Below are positions 59,440 through 64,000 of a stretch of DNA of 64,000 nt, in pieces. Position 1 is the stretch's first letter. Each line of letters starts with the position of its first letter. Origin of the DNA: Eledone cirrhosa (Eukaryota). The notes below the pieces were generated by a model. It was given only the letters and a program-made list of their open reading frames with translations, had not been told where the DNA came from and did not search any database. Position numbers and translations under genes: made by a program. The stretch spans positions 40,610,001-40,674,000 of the forward strand of contig OZ024751.1 in assembly GCA_964016885.1 (NCBI GenBank). Reading direction: 5' to 3'.

Positions 59440-59746
59440 GCTGTTGTTGATGATGATGTATTTGTAAATCATTAGATTCTGTGAGTGCCGTATAATAACC
59501 AGTAGTAGCATATTGAGAAGATACCGTATTGTCAAAGATACTCCACGGTAAATTTCGGTTGTTTTGGACAGTGGGTCCTCCTTCATTCAGAGAGCTGTAA
59601 GATCCAGATGGAGTAGATTCCAATGTCGATGTATCTCGTGTATGATAAACTGGGTTCGATTCTATCGATTGAGGGTGTATTGATTGGTACGGATCCCTAT
59701 CTTCTTGGTATAAACCAATATGGTAAGCGGTTTCAAATTCCATCAT
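58730..59746 (-). CDS. Group A bHLH transcription factor (atonal/twist superfamily-like, family unassigned), 338 aa, with poly-Q/H/P tracts
   Basis: Intact b[57 protein letters not shown] and C-terminal basic NLS-like [13 protein letters not shown] minus-strand AG acceptor at about 59770 and GTAAGT donor at 60136 suggest a 5' UTR intron. Confidence 0.93.
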
Positions 59747-60350
59747 TTCGTAGTTTTTGTTTTGAGAGCCTATATATATATATACATACGTGAGTGTGTG
59801 TATGTGTAAATGTGTATATGCGTGTGTGTATTTATGTATGAATGTATATATGTGTTTGTGTGTGTGTATATGTGTATATATATGTATGTAAATTTGTGTA
59901 TATATATATATTATTTTTGACTTATGGCTTTTTCAGTTATTATCATATGTGAATGGTCAACAAATTCAATTCTGTAAATGTTTTACATTCCTTCAAAACA
60001 CATTTTTAGTATTTTCTTTGATAGTTTTTTTTTTCTTGGTATATAAGTTGCTGATTAAAAATACTATGAAATGTTATAAAACACGTATAAAACTTCTATT
60101 GCTATTAAAAGCACAACAGGTGAAGTTTGCACTTACTTGGTAACTGTTATAGAATATGTCGATATATATCACCAGATCAGTTCTGATTGAGCAAACCTGT
60201 GATCAAAGATGTTCCGGTTGTGATCGTTTCAAAGATATCCCAGCTGTGACAGTTCCCTCGTTTTTGTTTTTCACACATAATATATCGAGAACTATGTTAT
60301 CCTAGAGGTTGTCACATGAGGGGAATTTCACTGCTACTCCTTGCAAGCTG

Positions 60351-60912
60351 TGTGACCACCAAGAAGCCCTTCAACAAAGCTTGTTGAATTTACTTCACTA
60401 TTACAGATATATTATCAAATTGTGACCACCAAGAAGCCCTTCAACAAAGCTTGTTGAATTTACTTCACTATTACAGATATATTATCAAATAAATGTAGAC
60501 TTTGAAGAAATTGTATTACATGGTTTAAATGTACGTATAAAAAATTGGTTACTCCGAAGGAATTTTTAACGCAAATTAATTATAATTTCCAGTTTAAATA
60601 AATGTGGACTTTGGAGAAATTATAGTATATGATTCAAAAGTATAAGTAGAAAATTGGTTATTCTGAAGAAACTTTTAACGAAGATCAATCACAATTTTCT
60701 TTTGAAATAAATGTAGATTTTGGAGAAATTATATGATTCAAATGTATAAGTAGAAAATTGGTTACTCTAAAAACATTTTCAACGAAGATCAATCACAATT
60801 TTCTTTTGAAATAAATGTAGACTTTGGAAAATTTATATTATATGATTTAAATGTAAATGTAGAAACTTGGTTATTTTGGAGAAAATTTTAACAAACATCA
60901 ATCATAATTTCC
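60351..60912. repeat. Perfect 70-bp tandem duplication (60351-60490) followed by about 4 diverged 105-110-bp units
   Basis: TGTGACCACC at 60351 and 60421; AAATAAATGTAGACTTTGGAGAAATT recurs. Confidence 0.88.
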
Positions 60913-61595
60913 ATAAAAATTTCTCCTTTTGATTTCAAGCAAAAGTATGAAAAAATACATCACATTTCCATAAACATTCTATTTTTTTGCGAGGCATGCC
61001 TTAATCTTTACATTAAAATTGAGTTTATAATCCCACCGTAAAAAATTCCATTTACGAAATATTTCGTCTTCTTTGGGATTGATGTACGTAATTCTTCTCT
61101 TGAATTATTTTTCTATTGTTACTTTGTTTGGATTTGTAGAATTTGTAGAATTGTTCCTTGGGATATTCGATTTGGTGATTTTTTGATTATTTCCTTCGTC
61201 TCTTTTATTTGTCTTCTTGTGTTTCTCCAGAGTTGAGGAATTGAATCCGATTGTATAGGTTCCTCGTTGACGTAATCATTGTGACGATGTGAAGAAGCAA
61301 GCAGACAAGTATTTGGTAGAAAGTGTGGCAATGAGGGTGGTGGGTAGATGAGGTTGTGTGCGTATATGTGTGTATATGTGCGTGCGCATATGTGAATGTG
61401 TTGTATTGGTGTGTATATGTACGTGTGTATATGCCTTTGACAATGTGTGTATATATATATGTGTGTGTGATTGTGTATATGTGTCTGTGTGGGTGCGTGA
61501 GAAAAGAAATATGTAACAAGTGTACCCGAGATGAAAATGAAAAAAGAATGAAGAAAATGAAAATACGTAAGAAATAGAAAAATTAACTGAAATAT

Positions 61596-61673
61596 TCAAT
61601 ATATTCCAATATTCCAATATTCCAATATTCCAATGTTCCAATGTTCCTGTATTCCAATATTCCTGTATTCCAA
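61596..61673. repeat. (TATTCCAA)n octamer repeat
   Basis: Directly visible. Confidence 0.9.
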
Positions 61674-61800
61674 TAGATGACGATGATCTGAATCAAATTT
61701 GATGTGCAGAAAATTTGGTAAGGATTCAATCCGATTATTTTTTTCTATCGTCTGCTGAATATGACTTGCTCTTTCTTTTTATGGTGCTGACGTCTTGACG

Positions 61801-61832
<32 letters not shown>

Positions 61833-61841
61833 TTATAGTTA

Positions 61842-61979
<138 letters not shown>

Positions 61980-62175
61980 AATATATATATATATATGTAT
62001 ATATAAATATATATATATGTGTGTGTGTATGTATGAGTGTATATGTGTATATATATATATGTATATATGTACGTATGTATATGTATATATGTGTATGTAT
62101 GAGTGTATATGTGTATATATATATATGTATATATGTACGTATGTATATGTATATATGTGTATATGTATATATGTA

Positions 62176-62215
<40 letters not shown>

Positions 62216-62438
62216 ATATATATATATATGATATATATATATATATATATATATGATATATATGTATATATATATGTATATATATATATATATATGTATA
62301 TGTGTATAAATAATGTCACGTGAGGTCGATGCTCTAGCGATGACTGAAGTCTTGACACCAACCGGGGTAACTTGTTCACAATTCTGTCCGCTGTGGGGAC
62401 CATCAGCCAATATCCACCCGACACAGACAGACAGACAT

Positions 62439-62481
<43 letters not shown>

Positions 62482-62619
62482 CAACCACTATCTATAAACG
62501 GAATAATAACGATAATAATAATAATAATAAAAATAATAATATTATCCTTATTGGATATAACCAGCAGCAACCAGTTCTTGTATGACCCCTTCACCCCAAC
62601 CCATCCCATCCCCCTCCCA

Positions 62620-62685
<66 letters not shown>

Positions 62686-62815
62686 GATATGTTTGTTATT
62701 TTTTGTTATGGAGTAATGGAAGGTTCCCATTAAATAAAGAAAGAAAAGGAAAAAAAAGAAAAGAAGGAGGAGTGAAATCAATAACATCAACGTTTGTGAC
62801 AGATATATATATATA

Positions 62816-62898
<83 letters not shown>

Positions 62899-62920
62899 AT
62901 ACTTTGGGAGGGTCATGTTG

Positions 62921-62990
<70 letters not shown>

Positions 62991-63010
62991 TTTATATATA
63001 TATATACATA

Positions 63011-63081
<71 letters not shown>

Positions 63082-63083
63082 TT

Positions 63084-63175
<92 letters not shown>

Positions 63176-63238
63176 CAACATGACCCTCCCAAAGTATAAC
63201 AATATATATATATACATATATTTATATATATATACATA

Positions 63239-63320
<82 letters not shown>

Positions 63321-63328
63321 CATATATT

Positions 63329-63360
<32 letters not shown>

Positions 63361-63362
63361 TT

Positions 63363-63448
<86 letters not shown>

Positions 63449-63683
63449 TATATAAATATATATATATACATATATACATGTGTGTGTGTGTTTATATATA
63501 TGTATGTTTATATATATATATATGTTTATATATATATATATGCATATATATATATATATATATATATGCATATGTTCATATATATATATATATATGGATA
63601 TATGAGGGAGTAGGAGATAAGATATACTGTGAGGAGGGGGGGATGATATGGTGGGGAGTGGTGAGAAGAAGCAGAAGGGGAAA

Positions 63684-63731
<48 letters not shown>

Positions 63732-64000
63732 GAGAGAGAGAGAGGGGGCGGGGTGGAGAAATGTAGGAAAGGGCGGCGGAAGAGGGGATGGGGTGGAATA
63801 AGGGACGGTGATGACCCGACCCAGGGGAGAGAGACAGTGTAAGATGGGGGGTGGGGTGGCTGTGGGGGATGTGGGACGTTGATGACCCCAGGGGAGTGAC
63901 AGGGTAAGTGTAAGTGATTGGCAGAAAGTGAGAAATGTGTATTTTTTGAAGCGTGTGTCACAGTCTATGTTAGTGTGTGTGTGTGTGTGTGTCTGTCTGT

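Noticed and set aside
58924-59586. Alternative-frame and antisense ORFs over the bHLH gene
   Set aside because: By-products of the trinucleotide-rich coding sequence.

Overview
Eukaryotic, very AT-rich DNA saturated with microsatellites. The SINE repertoire and (TA)n/(CA)n density resemble a cephalopod, probably Octopus (inference). Almost all listed ORFs are microsatellite artefacts. Two protein-coding genes are supportable. The first is a + strand spliced gene (exon 801-3471 plus terminal exon 4390-4523). Its last exon encodes an NDUFV3-type complex I subunit domain, preceded by about 800 aa of acidic Ala/Glu/Ser/Pro tandem repeats. The second is a - strand group A bHLH transcription factor (58730-59746) with His/Gln tracts and no clear family. 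The intergenic DNA holds Meta-type and CORE-type SINEs, RTE, CR1-like and RLE (CRE-like) LINE remnants, mariner/maT fragments and MITEs, one complete non-autonomous Helitron and many minisatellites. The most striking pattern is about 20 short inserts from about 10 unrelated families embedded in (TA)n. Most are fold-back hairpins with an unpaired 3' tail, and several carry type I hammerhead ribozyme cores, some on both strands. Many share a YGAGTRC-like motif about 40-60 nt from the 3' end. They are best read as Penelope-like retroelement termini that target (TA)n. Repeat boundaries are approximate (a few nt) and no database search was run.
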